From an uncultured euryarchaeote (GTDB taxonomy: Archaea; Thermoplasmatota; Poseidoniia; Poseidoniales; Poseidoniaceae), in the NCBI GenBank assembly GCA_937897005.1, contig CALCOQ010000139.1:1-34192 (forward strand): a DNA stretch of 34,192 nt, read 5' to 3'. Shown piece after piece: positions 1-8,491 of this stretch. A program made the translations under genes and the position numbers. How positions within the stretch are numbered: position 1 is the stretch's first letter; each line of letters begins with the position of its first letter. A model generated the notes under the pieces. That model did no database searches and was not told where the DNA came from. It saw only the letters and a program-made list of their open reading frames with translations.

Positions 1-38
1 AGCTTATCCGCTGCCTCTGAGATATATGCTTGAATTGA

Positions 39-2303
39 TCAACGTACGGTTGAGCCATTTGCTATTTCCCCATCGATGGTGACCAAACGAACGCCTCCTG
101 TCCCATCGTCAGCAGCGAGGAGCATGCCTTCTGACATGACGCCTCGGAGTTTACGAGGTTTAAGATTGGCAACAAAGACCACCCGCATACCCTCCATCTG
201 CGATGCACTGTAATATTCTTTCAACCCAGCGCAAACAGATCTACCTTCAGATGTTCCATCATCTATTTTGACCACCATCAGTTTATCTGCATCGGGATGT
301 TCATCCACTGATGTTATCGTTCCTGTTCTCAATTCAACTTGCATGAATGTCTCAAAATCAAGCCATGTCGTTCCTTCTGGTGCTTCTTCCATTTCTTCGT
401 CCCCCTCATTCTTACCCTTCTTCCCACCTTTGATACCATCTCCCATCTCATCTGAGGTGAGGGCAGCATCATCAGCATAGGATTGTTCTTCAGCGAGTAT
501 CTGCTCAAGATCGAGTTTCTGGAACAATGGTTCCGGTGGGCTATCGTTCCATTTCATTTCACTGGACCAATCGGTTGCAGAGCCCCAATCCATCTCACTG
601 ACATCACCTTCTTCTCCAAGAGCCTGCCAAAGCCTTTGTGCGCTGAAGGGAATGAAAGGTTGACTGACTATGGCCAGTAATCGAGATACTCTCCAAGAGA
701 AGGCGAGTGATGCGAGCGCTCCAGATGCATCTTCATCGTTTTGATCCTGTGGCTTGAGAAATTTCCATGGAGCCGCATTCTGAAGAAGCTGATTACCGAA
801 TTGGGCGATATTCATCACTCCGCGCAGCGCTTCCTTGTATCGATGCTTATCGAGGCTTTCACCAACCTTGAGGAACAATTCCTCGCTCTTCTCCATCAAG
901 GAATGAACCATCTCACCCCTTTCAAATATTTTCAGTGGATTCTCCATTTGTTCTCCAGTGTCCAGCCGTTGAGCCAAAGTCAGAACTCGATGCACGAAAT
1001 TCCCATGACAGCCAATCAATTCAGAGTTTATCTTCTCAACAAAATCAGGCCAATTGAAATCAGTATCATGATTCTCCGGCATATTGATTCCAAGATAGTA
1101 TCTGAGAGTATCAGGATCAAAGCGTTCCAGGAATGAAGGGAGCCAGACCGCGTGTTTGCGGCTTTTTGAGAATTGACCGCCTGCCAACATCAGGTATTCC
1201 ATCGCCGGAACATTGTCCTCCAAGTGCAGGTCTCCTGCTGCAGGCAGCGAGACTTCATCTTTGATGGTCAGACCGTTGGCAGCATGGTTCAATCCCATTA
1301 TCAGGGCTGGCCAAATGACCGTATGGAAGGGGATATTGTCCTTGCCGAGGAAATAGAGATGCCGTGGTTTCTCTCCAGAATCGGAGATTCTCCACCACTT
1401 TTCCCATGCATCATCACGACTGGAATATCTATCAGACCATATCTTGGCGCATGAAAGATACCCCTGCACCGCTTCAAACCAGACATAGACACACTTTCCC
1501 TTCCATTCTTCTTCTTCGAGTGGGATGGAAATACCCCAGTCGAGATCTCTGGTGATTGCACGTGGCCGCAGGCCCATATCCAACCACTGTTTCGTCATCG
1601 CTCTGACATTGGGCTTCCAGTAGGGCATTCTTTCAGTTGCATGTTCAACCAGGCGTTGTTGGAACAGATCCAATCTGTAGAACAGATGGTCAGTATCTCT
1701 GATCTCGATTTCTGCTTCGGGGTTCATTTTGGAGCGGGGATTCAGCAATTCATAGGCCTCGTATGTGGTTCCGCATGTGTCGCATTGATCCCCTCGTGCA
1801 CCCTCTGCACCACATTCAGGACATTCTCCTTCCACATATCGATCTGGAAGAAAACGCCCCTCACCATCAGTTCGCTGTTCGTAGTATTGCTGCATTGTCT
1901 TTCGTTCAAACAATCCCGCCTGAAAAAGAGAGGTGAAATTCTCTTGAACGATCTTCTTGTGCATTGGGTCACTTGTACGGTTGAACAATGCTCCTCCGAA
2001 TTCCTCTCCACGACAATCAATATTTGGCTGCCACATGCATCCTAGATTGAGTAATGCTTCTGTATTGGTTGCATGGAATTCATCAACAATCTCCTGAGGA
2101 GTGACACCTTTCTGCTCAGCACTGACAGTGATTGGCGTTCCATGTTCATCAGAGCCACTGACCATCAGTACGCGATTGCCTTTCGCTCGTTCGTATCTGA
2201 ACTGGATATCAGGTGGTAGGTAACATCCAGCAACATGGCCAAGGTGCAGGGGCCCGTTAGCATAGGGCCATGCTACACATATCAGTACATGTTGACCAGT
2301 CAT
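39..2303 (-). CDS. metG: Methionyl-tRNA synthetase with C-terminal tRNA-binding (Trbp111/EMAP-like) domain
   Basis: AWPYANGPLHLGH (HIGH motif), GSDEHGTPI, Zn knuckle CPEC..CDTC, YVWFEA, GKDNIPFH, QFSKS (KMSKS variant), and C-terminal HPDADKL..NLKPRKLRGVMSEGMLL OB-fold. Start moved to ATG 2303 (MTGQHVLI) because the longer ORF overlaps the divergent gene. Confidence 0.97.
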   Translation of the reverse strand: MTGQHVLICVAWPYANGPLHLGHVAGCYLPPDIQFRYERAKGNRVLMVSGSDEHGTPITVSAEQKGVTPQEIVDEFHATNTEALLNLGCMWQPNIDCRGEEFGGALFNRTSDPMHKKIVQENFTSLFQAGLFERKTMQQYYEQRTDGEGRFLPDRYVEGECPECGAEGARGDQCDTCGTTYEAYELLNPRSKMNPEAEIEIRDTDHLFYRLDLFQQRLVEHATERMPYWKPNVRAMTKQWLDMGLRPRAITRDLDWGISIPLEEEEWKGKCVYVWFEAVQGYLSCAKIWSDRYSSRDDAWEKWWRISDSGEKPRHLYFLGKDNIPFHTVIWPALIMGLNHAANGLTIKDEVSLPAAGDLHLEDNVPAMEYLMLAGGQFSKSRKHAVWLPSFLERFDPDTLRYYLGINMPENHDTDFNWPDFVEKINSELIGCHGNFVHRVLTLAQRLDTGEQMENPLKIFERGEMVHSLMEKSEELFLKVGESLDKHRYKEALRGVMNIAQFGNQLLQNAAPWKFLKPQDQNDEDASGALASLAFSWRVSRLLAIVSQPFIPFSAQRLWQALGEEGDVSEMDWGSATDWSSEMKWNDSPPEPLFQKLDLEQILAEEQSYADDAALTSDEMGDGIKGGKKGKNEGDEEMEEAPEGTTWLDFETFMQVELRTGTITSVDEHPDADKLMVVKIDDGTSEGRSVCAGLKEYYSASQMEGMRVVFVANLKPRKLRGVMSEGMLLAADDGTGGVRLVTIDGEIANGSTVR

Positions 2304-2422
2304 CTGACCACCGATATTGAGGCCACACTGCGTCATGATATGGTGATTTCCTAATCGACAACCCCTAATAACTTGAATCTTCACAGTGTGTTGTCGCCTC
2401 GCACAGGAGGGCGCACCCACCA

Positions 2423-3466
2423 ATGGTTTCCACCCTACTGATTTTGTATGCCGGGCTCGCCCTTGTGGTTTCTTTCCTTTGCAGTCTTTTAGAAAGTGTT
2501 CTGCTAAGTATTTCTCCTTCACATATCCAGGTGATGCAGAATAGGAAACAAAAAGCCGGGGAGATATGGTCCAGACTCAAAAACAACGATTCGGTCAGAC
2601 CGTTGACTGCCATTTTGACATTGAACACCATTGCCCATACAGTTGGTGCAGTAGGTGTTGGGTCAGTTGTTCATCAGGAGTATGGAAATGAATGGGTGGC
2701 TATTGCCTCGGCTATTTTGACAGTTGCTGTATTACTGTTATCAGAGATTCTTCCTAAAACTATAGGCTCTGCATACTGGAAAAAATTAGCCATTCCAATG
2801 GCGTATGTGACCAATGTATTGACCCTCGCACTAACAATTATCGTGGTCCCAATAGAGTGGTTCCGCAAGTTATTACCACAGGCTCAGAGGACAACAGTCA
2901 CTCGTGATGAATTAGCTGTTCTTGCCGATATCGGAGAAGAGGAGGGGACCCTTGAAGAAGATGAGGAGAAGGTGATATTGAATCTGTTGAGATTGGCTGA
3001 AATAAACATTGAGGAGATAATGACCCCTAGAGTTGTGGTCACTGCATTCCCCGCAGAATATACCGTTGAGCAGGTATTGGAGGAACACCCTATGCTCAGA
3101 GTGTCAAGAATCCCGGTCTATGGAGGGAATATCGATGAACTTCTAGGATTTGTCATACGTTCGGAAATTCTAATGGCTGCCAGTAAGAATCAATGGGAGA
3201 CCAAACTCAAAGATTTGATGAAACCTCTAGAGTTCATCAACGAAGGGGATAGTGTAGACCAATTGTTGGATATCTTCATCAAGAAACGTCAACAGATAAT
3301 GGCGGTCACCGATGAATTCGGTGGCACCTCTGGAATAGTCACATTTGAAGATGCGATTGAGACACTCTTGGGTGAAGAGATAGTTGATGAAACCGATGAG
3401 GCAGAGGATATGCGCGATGTCGCATTGGCTCTGTCCAGCAATGGTAATTCCGAATCAGAGGAGTGA
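2423..3466 (+). CDS. CNNM (DUF21) + CBS-pair membrane protein (CorC/HlyC-like, putative Mg2+/Co2+ homeostasis)
   Basis: SFLCSLLESVLLS, AILTLNTIAHTVGA, SEILPKTIG, IMTPRVVV, SRIPVY, DEFGGTSGIVTFEDAIETLLGEEIVDETD. GGAGG at 2406-2410 precedes the ATG. Confidence 0.92.
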   Translation: MVSTLLILYAGLALVVSFLCSLLESVLLSISPSHIQVMQNRKQKAGEIWSRLKNNDSVRPLTAILTLNTIAHTVGAVGVGSVVHQEYGNEWVAIASAILTVAVLLLSEILPKTIGSAYWKKLAIPMAYVTNVLTLALTIIVVPIEWFRKLLPQAQRTTVTRDELAVLADIGEEEGTLEEDEEKVILNLLRLAEINIEEIMTPRVVVTAFPAEYTVEQVLEEHPMLRVSRIPVYGGNIDELLGFVIRSEILMAASKNQWETKLKDLMKPLEFINEGDSVDQLLDIFIKKRQQIMAVTDEFGGTSGIVTFEDAIETLLGEEIVDETDEAEDMRDVALALSSNGNSESEE

Positions 3467-4450
3467 TTCCTCCAGGAATTTCTGTGTGATTTGTGCTCGA
3501 CCTTTGTGTTCACTGTCACCCGAATGCCTCAGATCATCAAGAATATGTGCCTCGTGGTCTACTTTCAGATACTCCAACAAGAGATTGTAATGTTCCACTC
3601 CCAATCTTGAATCATCGGCAGCCTGAACAACCAATGTTCTTACCTCGGGAATACCCCATCTTGGGACCATGATGTCTTCAGGTTCTGTGAATCTCTCTTC
3701 GGGATGAATCTTTTTCAATGCATGCTGCAACCATCGATAAAGCAGTGGTTTGATGATTCTAGAAGGCCCTGTGAGATATTCATCAAGGATCAGGTTGTAA
3801 TTGGTCATAGGAGACTCTAGAACAACGCATTTCAGGTGGCTCCGCCACCAACCTTCCATTCGCGAACTGAGTTTCAATGCGATGAATGAGCCAAGACTAT
3901 GTCCACAGATTGCAATGTTTGTGATTCTCTCTCTAGGTAAGGAATTGAGTAGTGCAACAGCATCTTGAGCACATTTCAGAGCGGTGAACTCATGATCATC
4001 CGGGGCATGGCCATGACCACGAAGATCCATGGCAAGTATATGGAAACCATGGATGCCCTTGGCTCTGTTATGAGATCTGCTTGAATTAGAACTCCATCCA
4101 TGCAGAAAGAATACCAGCGGTGCTGCAGCATCACCTTCCCATTTCATATGAGCATGAATAGGCACACCATCTCTTTCAGTGGTGACTGCTTCCCACTCAT
4201 CACCAGAAATACAATCTTCCAGTCTTCTATTAGTCCTGAACAATCGTCTCAAAATCCATATTCTGAATGATTCATGAAACAAGAAAAGGCTGCTGGCAAC
4301 TGCAATGATGGAAATTGAAATTGTAGAGGTTGATGACTCATTGAAGATGATTGTTGAGATTGCAATGACGAGCAAAGCAATGCTCAATGCCAAGAGTAAA
4401 TACTCAATGGGATGGGCTGGAGTGGCCTTTCTTGCAACAACGTGCCTCAT
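3455..4450 (-). CDS. Membrane-anchored alpha/beta-fold hydrolase
   Basis: Two N-terminal hydrophobic helices, FFLHGWSS oxyanion loop, DLRGHG, GHSLG nucleophile elbow, candidate Asp (ADDSRL) and His (LRHSG). Confidence 0.85.
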   Translation of the reverse strand: MRHVVARKATPAHPIEYLLLALSIALLVIAISTIIFNESSTSTISISIIAVASSLFLFHESFRIWILRRLFRTNRRLEDCISGDEWEAVTTERDGVPIHAHMKWEGDAAAPLVFFLHGWSSNSSRSHNRAKGIHGFHILAMDLRGHGHAPDDHEFTALKCAQDAVALLNSLPRERITNIAICGHSLGSFIALKLSSRMEGWWRSHLKCVVLESPMTNYNLILDEYLTGPSRIIKPLLYRWLQHALKKIHPEERFTEPEDIMVPRWGIPEVRTLVVQAADDSRLGVEHYNLLLEYLKVDHEAHILDDLRHSGDSEHKGRAQITQKFLEESLL

Positions 4451-5241
4451 GAGTCATCATCCGCATCAGCAGCAGAACGTTTCTCATCGATCTTGGCGAT
4501 TCTCTTGGCACCGAATTCTCCGAGACTCTCCAACCGAGCAAGCCAACCAGTCTCCTTTCCAGTTGGCACATGGTGCACGAGATAGGCTCCGAACATCTTA
4601 TCCCACATACCCTGGTTGTTTTCCCTGCCAACCACTCTTTTGAAGATATATTCAGAAATCGGGAAGGCTAGACAGATAAGACATAGAGTGATCATCTGAG
4701 CATCCACTCCATCAGAACTACTGTTACCGATACCTGATATGGCAAGGAAACCCAATCCTAAAAACAGCATTGGTGTGTTGATATTCGTCATGATTCCATG
4801 AAGAAAAATCGGTTTCCCACCCTTCCAACTGACATATTTGGTCCTAGAAACGAACTCACCGATATTCCTTCCGAATTTGGCAGGAATGAACAGGACATTG
4901 GATAGTGGTAGTAATAGTCCAGCGATTAGTGGCCATGTCATATCGCCAGTACCGGTGAATATCAGTAGCGACATGACTGCAATGAGAATACCCCAGTTCC
5001 AAGCGAAGTTGACAATCCAAGCAGCAGCCCGATTTGTTTTACCTGCAGCAACGAATTCGCTAGGGAAATCACGAGTGGGACGCTCTCTTTTGACCCTTAC
5101 ACGCGCTTGTCTAGGGGACTTGGCCTTTGGTGCAGCCTTGGCCTTAGGTACCGCCTTTGCTTTTGGTACCGCCTTGGCCTTTGGTACTGCCTTTGCTGTC
5201 GGCTTCTTATCAATCTCTCCTGCCTTGTCAAGTAATCCCAT
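4447..5241 (-). CDS. RDD-family-like membrane protein with Lys/Ala-rich repeat N-terminus
   Basis: RAAAWIVNF, GRNIGEF and QGMWDKMFGAYLV resemble degenerate RDD motifs. About 4 TM segments. Start placed at ATG 5241; stop overlaps the next start (ATGA). Confidence 0.6.
   Translation of the reverse strand: MGLLDKAGEIDKKPTAKAVPKAKAVPKAKAVPKAKAAPKAKSPRQARVRVKRERPTRDFPSEFVAAGKTNRAAAWIVNFAWNWGILIAVMSLLIFTGTGDMTWPLIAGLLLPLSNVLFIPAKFGRNIGEFVSRTKYVSWKGGKPIFLHGIMTNINTPMLFLGLGFLAISGIGNSSSDGVDAQMITLCLICLAFPISEYIFKRVVGRENNQGMWDKMFGAYLVHHVPTGKETGWLARLESLGEFGAKRIAKIDEKRSAADADDDS
5120..5196 (-). repeat. Imperfect 18-bp coding tandem repeat (about 4 copies) encoding AKAVPK
   Basis: Protein reads AKAVPK AKAVPK AKAVPK AKAAPK AK. 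DNA copies differ at synonymous positions. Confidence 0.85.
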
Positions 5242-5246
5242 TTGTA

Positions 5247-6374
5247 TCAACTTCCATATTGTGAACCGGCCTCACTGTAAATAGCGAATTCAGTCGATTG
5301 AGTGAATGCCTGTATGTCATCTTCGGGTAGATCCAATAACAGTGAATCCACCATTCCGAAGAACTCAATCCTCTCATTTTCACCAGCATTTCCTGGATCA
5401 CTGGCGACCGCAGCATACAACTCAAAGGAATCACTGCGGATGAACGAATCGGGATCGGGCAACTTGGCCAATAGATTGTCAACAATAGAAACGAATTCAG
5501 CAAAGATATCTGAATCCTCGGCCTGCACTTCAATCTCTTCCTCATCTTCGATTTCAAGCGATGACAATGGCTGTTCTCCTTGAATAACGGCCTTGATCGA
5601 TTTATGTTCGCTGATCAACTGTTCTAATTTTGGCTTGAGCTTCCTCAATTTCGATGTCTGGCTCTTCTGTTTAGCCAACTGGTACTTTGGTTTCAATTTC
5701 TTGATGTTGGCTTCAAGTTCACTCTTACGCGCACTTAAATCCTCTAGAGTTTGGGAATCGAGGACATGCTCTGAATCATCATCTTCAGACATCTCTTCAA
5801 TATCCTCTTCTTCTTCATGAGATTCTTCCTCTATTTCTTCAAGTTCTTCTTCATCTTCATCTAGAAGTTCAATTGTGGGGGCATCTCTTATCTCGGCTAT
5901 CTTAGAGTCATGTTCAGCCTTCCGCTTCACGATTATCTCACGATCCAATTGGTGACCGAAACGGTCAGCATATCTATCGAGAAGACTACCAACTTCACCT
6001 TCGCCTAAACGATCAATATGGCCATAGACTTGTTGCAGAGGCTTACTGCTGCCCCGCTTCCATAGGGAGTCATATCCATCTTTCTTCTTCTCCTTGGTCA
6101 TATCAGGGGGTGCGAGACCAGAGATTGTGGGAGCAGAGGAACCTTCCAAGACACCCTTTGCAGGTTTGGCAGGAGAAACTGGAGGTGGTGGGACCGGAAT
6201 TACATCTCCTGATGGAGGCGGAGGGGGAGGGATGGCAGCGGCTGCACCAGGGGGTGGAGGAATGGCAGCGATTGCACCAGGGGGTGGAGGAATGGCAGCG
6301 ATTGCACCAGGGGGTGGAGGAAGACCCCCCATGGCAGGTGGCGCAGCACCCTTCTTCTTCTTCTTGCGTCCCAT
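5247..6374 (-). CDS. Hypothetical protein: basic N-terminus, polyproline repeats, acidic tracts and predicted coiled coil
   Basis: 375-aa ORF with GGGTGA RBS-like sequence before the ATG. MGRKKKKK, repeated PPPPG, E/D-rich stretches and a heptad-like segment LEDLSARKSELEANIKKL. Confidence 0.85.
   Translation of the reverse strand: MGRKKKKKGAAPPAMGGLPPPPGAIAAIPPPPGAIAAIPPPPGAAAAIPPPPPPSGDVIPVPPPPVSPAKPAKGVLEGSSAPTISGLAPPDMTKEKKKDGYDSLWKRGSSKPLQQVYGHIDRLGEGEVGSLLDRYADRFGHQLDREIIVKRKAEHDSKIAEIRDAPTIELLDEDEEELEEIEEESHEEEEDIEEMSEDDDSEHVLDSQTLEDLSARKSELEANIKKLKPKYQLAKQKSQTSKLRKLKPKLEQLISEHKSIKAVIQGEQPLSSLEIEDEEEIEVQAEDSDIFAEFVSIVDNLLAKLPDPDSFIRSDSFELYAAVASDPGNAGENERIEFFGMVDSLLLDLPEDDIQAFTQSTEFAIYSEAGSQYGS
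6231..6320 (-). repeat. 30-bp coding tandem repeat x3 encoding PPPPGA(I/A)AAI
   Basis: Unit aatggcagcgattgcaccagggggtggagg is exact at 6261-6290 and 6291-6320 and near-exact at 6231-6260. No spacers. Confidence 0.95.
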
Positions 6375-6471
6375 GTTGTCACCCTACGGGTGAAACGGGC
6401 ACCTTGCCCTTCTTCTTTAACATTGACCGAATAAGAGTACGAGTGGCTTCAAGAAATATCCTCAATTTGAA

Positions 6472-7758
6472 TCATGAGAGCAATGAGCCCCAACCCTTGA
6501 GGACCACGAACGCTGCTGCAGCCTCAGGCATCTCCATTACATCTCCTGCTGACCCTTCAGCATGGAATTCGCCAATACGGGTATTGATATCTTCAGCGTT
6601 GATTTCAATTTTCATTTTTCCATCCTGTGGCAATGCAACAGCCTCAGTCAATGGGTCGAATGGGTTGCCACCATCCGGGTCCAAGCGGTTGAGCGGGAAT
6701 TCAGTCACTCTCAATCCACATTTTCCATGTAGTGATGTTGGATATCTAATGACCCTGTGGCAGTCGATAGTGACTACTTCATCGGTTTCACCAGCACTGC
6801 CTAGTACAACCGCGGAATCATTCTGTAGAATATCGATGAATGCGTCTCTATAATAATTCGAATCACCACCCCTTCCTCCAAGCGCATTCAGATTACCTTC
6901 CTCCAGTTTCGCTCTTCGTGTTGGATGAGCAACAAGTTCTGCAATATCTTCGACAGCTTTCTTTCCACGACTCCGCTTCAGGCCACGAATTCTAGCGGAC
7001 CTCTTCAATGAATCAACATAAGTATCGATAATCAATTTCACTTCTTTCCCTTCCCCTTCTCTGACTTTATCCAATTTAGAAAGGGTCTGTGAAAGACCAG
7101 TTCGTAATCTGAGGGCCCAGCCGCTGGCATCTGAATCCGCCGAACGAGGTAGTAAGGAGGTGACGTCAACTCCATCCCCTCTGATATGTGATACCAATTC
7201 TCGTCTCGCTTCGCTATCAAGATGGGCGAGTTTCGGGTCGCGATAATGAAGATGAAAACCTCTGTGGCCGGAAAATGTCAATTGCAGGTATTTTTCTTCG
7301 AATCCGAACTCGGGTTCCAAGAAATCATTCCAGAGCCGCCATGCCTGTTCTCTGATCTGCTCAAGCATTCCGATGAAGTCCGTATCGACAACTCCTGGTA
7401 GATGATCACCATCGAGATCGAAAATCAAGTCAGCACCCAGCCATCCTTTCTCTTTCATTTTGTAGATGGTAGGATCTTTCCAATATGCTGTGCTGTAGAA
7501 TACGGAATGGGGTGTTCTATCAATCAGGTGATGTTTGATGCTGCTGGTATCGGGAAATCCAATATGCCTTTTTGGCACCCCTCCGCCAAATGGTAACAAC
7601 ATCCACTCTCTTGTTCTCAACCGTGGAGGGGTCCATGGGGTAAATGTCCGATAATGTTGTTCAAATCGGTGCGCGAATACAGCCCAGCCCTTGACCATGG
7701 AACATGCCCCCGGTCCCTCTCTGAGGCTGAGGGGTGATGAATGACGCGGTAAGGGCAT
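6472..7758 (-). CDS. priS: DNA primase small (catalytic) subunit, archaeo-eukaryotic primase
   Basis: PHSVFYSTAYW, KGWLGADLIFDLDGDHL (DxD), FSGHRGFHLH, DEVVTIDCHRVIRYPTSLHGKCGL. ATG 7758 overlaps the upstream stop (TGATG). Confidence 0.95.
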   Translation of the reverse strand: MPLPRHSSPLSLREGPGACSMVKGWAVFAHRFEQHYRTFTPWTPPRLRTREWMLLPFGGGVPKRHIGFPDTSSIKHHLIDRTPHSVFYSTAYWKDPTIYKMKEKGWLGADLIFDLDGDHLPGVVDTDFIGMLEQIREQAWRLWNDFLEPEFGFEEKYLQLTFSGHRGFHLHYRDPKLAHLDSEARRELVSHIRGDGVDVTSLLPRSADSDASGWALRLRTGLSQTLSKLDKVREGEGKEVKLIIDTYVDSLKRSARIRGLKRSRGKKAVEDIAELVAHPTRRAKLEEGNLNALGGRGGDSNYYRDAFIDILQNDSAVVLGSAGETDEVVTIDCHRVIRYPTSLHGKCGLRVTEFPLNRLDPDGGNPFDPLTEAVALPQDGKMKIEINAEDINTRIGEFHAEGSAGDVMEMPEAAAAFVVLKGWGSLLS

Positions 7759-8003
7759 CAACGATAGAAGCGCTTCTCAGCGTCCTTGCCTGCAGTTGCT
7801 GCGCCACGTCCTGTTATCTTCTGGTAACAATCCCAACAGGCATAATGCTCGTCAATCGGTATCGATTGACCAAAAGTCAAACGAATACCGCAACCATGGC
7901 ATAATGGTCCAAGCTCACCATTTGGAGATTGGGCCAGAGGAACGTGGTCATGCGGCATCAGTATCGCTATTGCGTTGGGGTACAGGTCTTTGAATGTGAG
8001 CAT
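7758..8003 (-). CDS. Small Cys4 zinc-finger protein
   Basis: 81 aa with CHGC-x17-CWDC. Starts immediately after the upstream stop with GGTGA before the ATG, and its stop overlaps the priS start. Confidence 0.75.
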   Translation of the reverse strand: MLTFKDLYPNAIAILMPHDHVPLAQSPNGELGPLCHGCGIRLTFGQSIPIDEHYACWDCYQKITGRGAATAGKDAEKRFYR

Positions 8004-8489
8004 TCACCATTTGGAATTCGCAGCGTCAGGGCCATGCGAGAACTGCAACAGATCCAGAGCAACTTCACAAGATTCAGAGATTTCTTGGTTAGGGTCATCG
8101 AGATGTTTGCGAAGTATTGATCCAATCTCGGTACTACCGATCGCCCCCATAGCCTCAGCTGCTTCATGCCTGACCATCACATGCTCCTGTGCATCATTCA
8201 AGATATTGACCAATGCAGGCAATGCTTGCCGATCTTGCATCTGCCCGAGCACATATGCCAATTCGTGCTTCAATAATGTCGAATGGCATGAAAAACCGCT
8301 GCATAATGCATCAATCGCCTCCTCGCCACCAATATTTCGTAATGAAAAGAGCGCTCGCATTCGTTGAAACATCCTCTCCTCTGAATCCAGTAAGGTCCGT
8401 TTCAATGATGAGACATCTGAGTTAGATGAGGGAGGTGCGGGGTCAACCGAACCGAATTTACTGACTCCTGGAACGCCATCATCATCCAT
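8004..8489 (-). CDS. Half-length deoxyhypusine hydroxylase (DOHH)-like HEAT-repeat protein
   Basis: SVDPAPP, RMRALFSLRNIGG, LLKHELAYVLGQMQD, MVRHEAAEAMGAIG, ESCEVALD. Two His-Glu motifs (H75/E76, H108/E109) 33 residues apart. Confidence 0.8.
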   Translation of the reverse strand: MDDDGVPGVSKFGSVDPAPPSSNSDVSSLKRTLLDSEERMFQRMRALFSLRNIGGEEAIDALCSGFSCHSTLLKHELAYVLGQMQDRQALPALVNILNDAQEHVMVRHEAAEAMGAIGSTEIGSILRKHLDDPNQEISESCEVALDLLQFSHGPDAANSKW

Positions 8490-8491
8490 GT

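Noticed and set aside
1-33. Possible 3' end of a plus-strand gene (SLSAASEIYA*) converging on metG
   Set aside because: Only 10 codons are visible, which is too little to support a call.
2304-2522. N-terminal extensions in the ORF track (metG here; also 21025, 25120, 28025, 29133, 30155, 9467)
   Set aside because: They overlap neighbouring genes or promoter regions and lack family similarity. Downstream starts fit better.
6231-6320. 30-bp direct repeats as a possible CRISPR array
   Set aside because: The units are head-to-tail with no spacers, are in frame within a CDS, and no cas genes are present.
6110-6853. Long antisense or alternative-frame ORFs (6110-6853, 13865-14503, 27824-28573, 16229-16747, 20997-21518 and others)
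   Set aside because: They are shadows of well-supported genes on the opposite strand, with Ser-rich or atypical composition and no recognisable motifs.
8004-8489. Pseudogene fragment of a full-length DOHH
   Set aside because: It has a clean start and stop, is tightly packed between intact genes with no remnant of a second half, and carries motifs from both halves.
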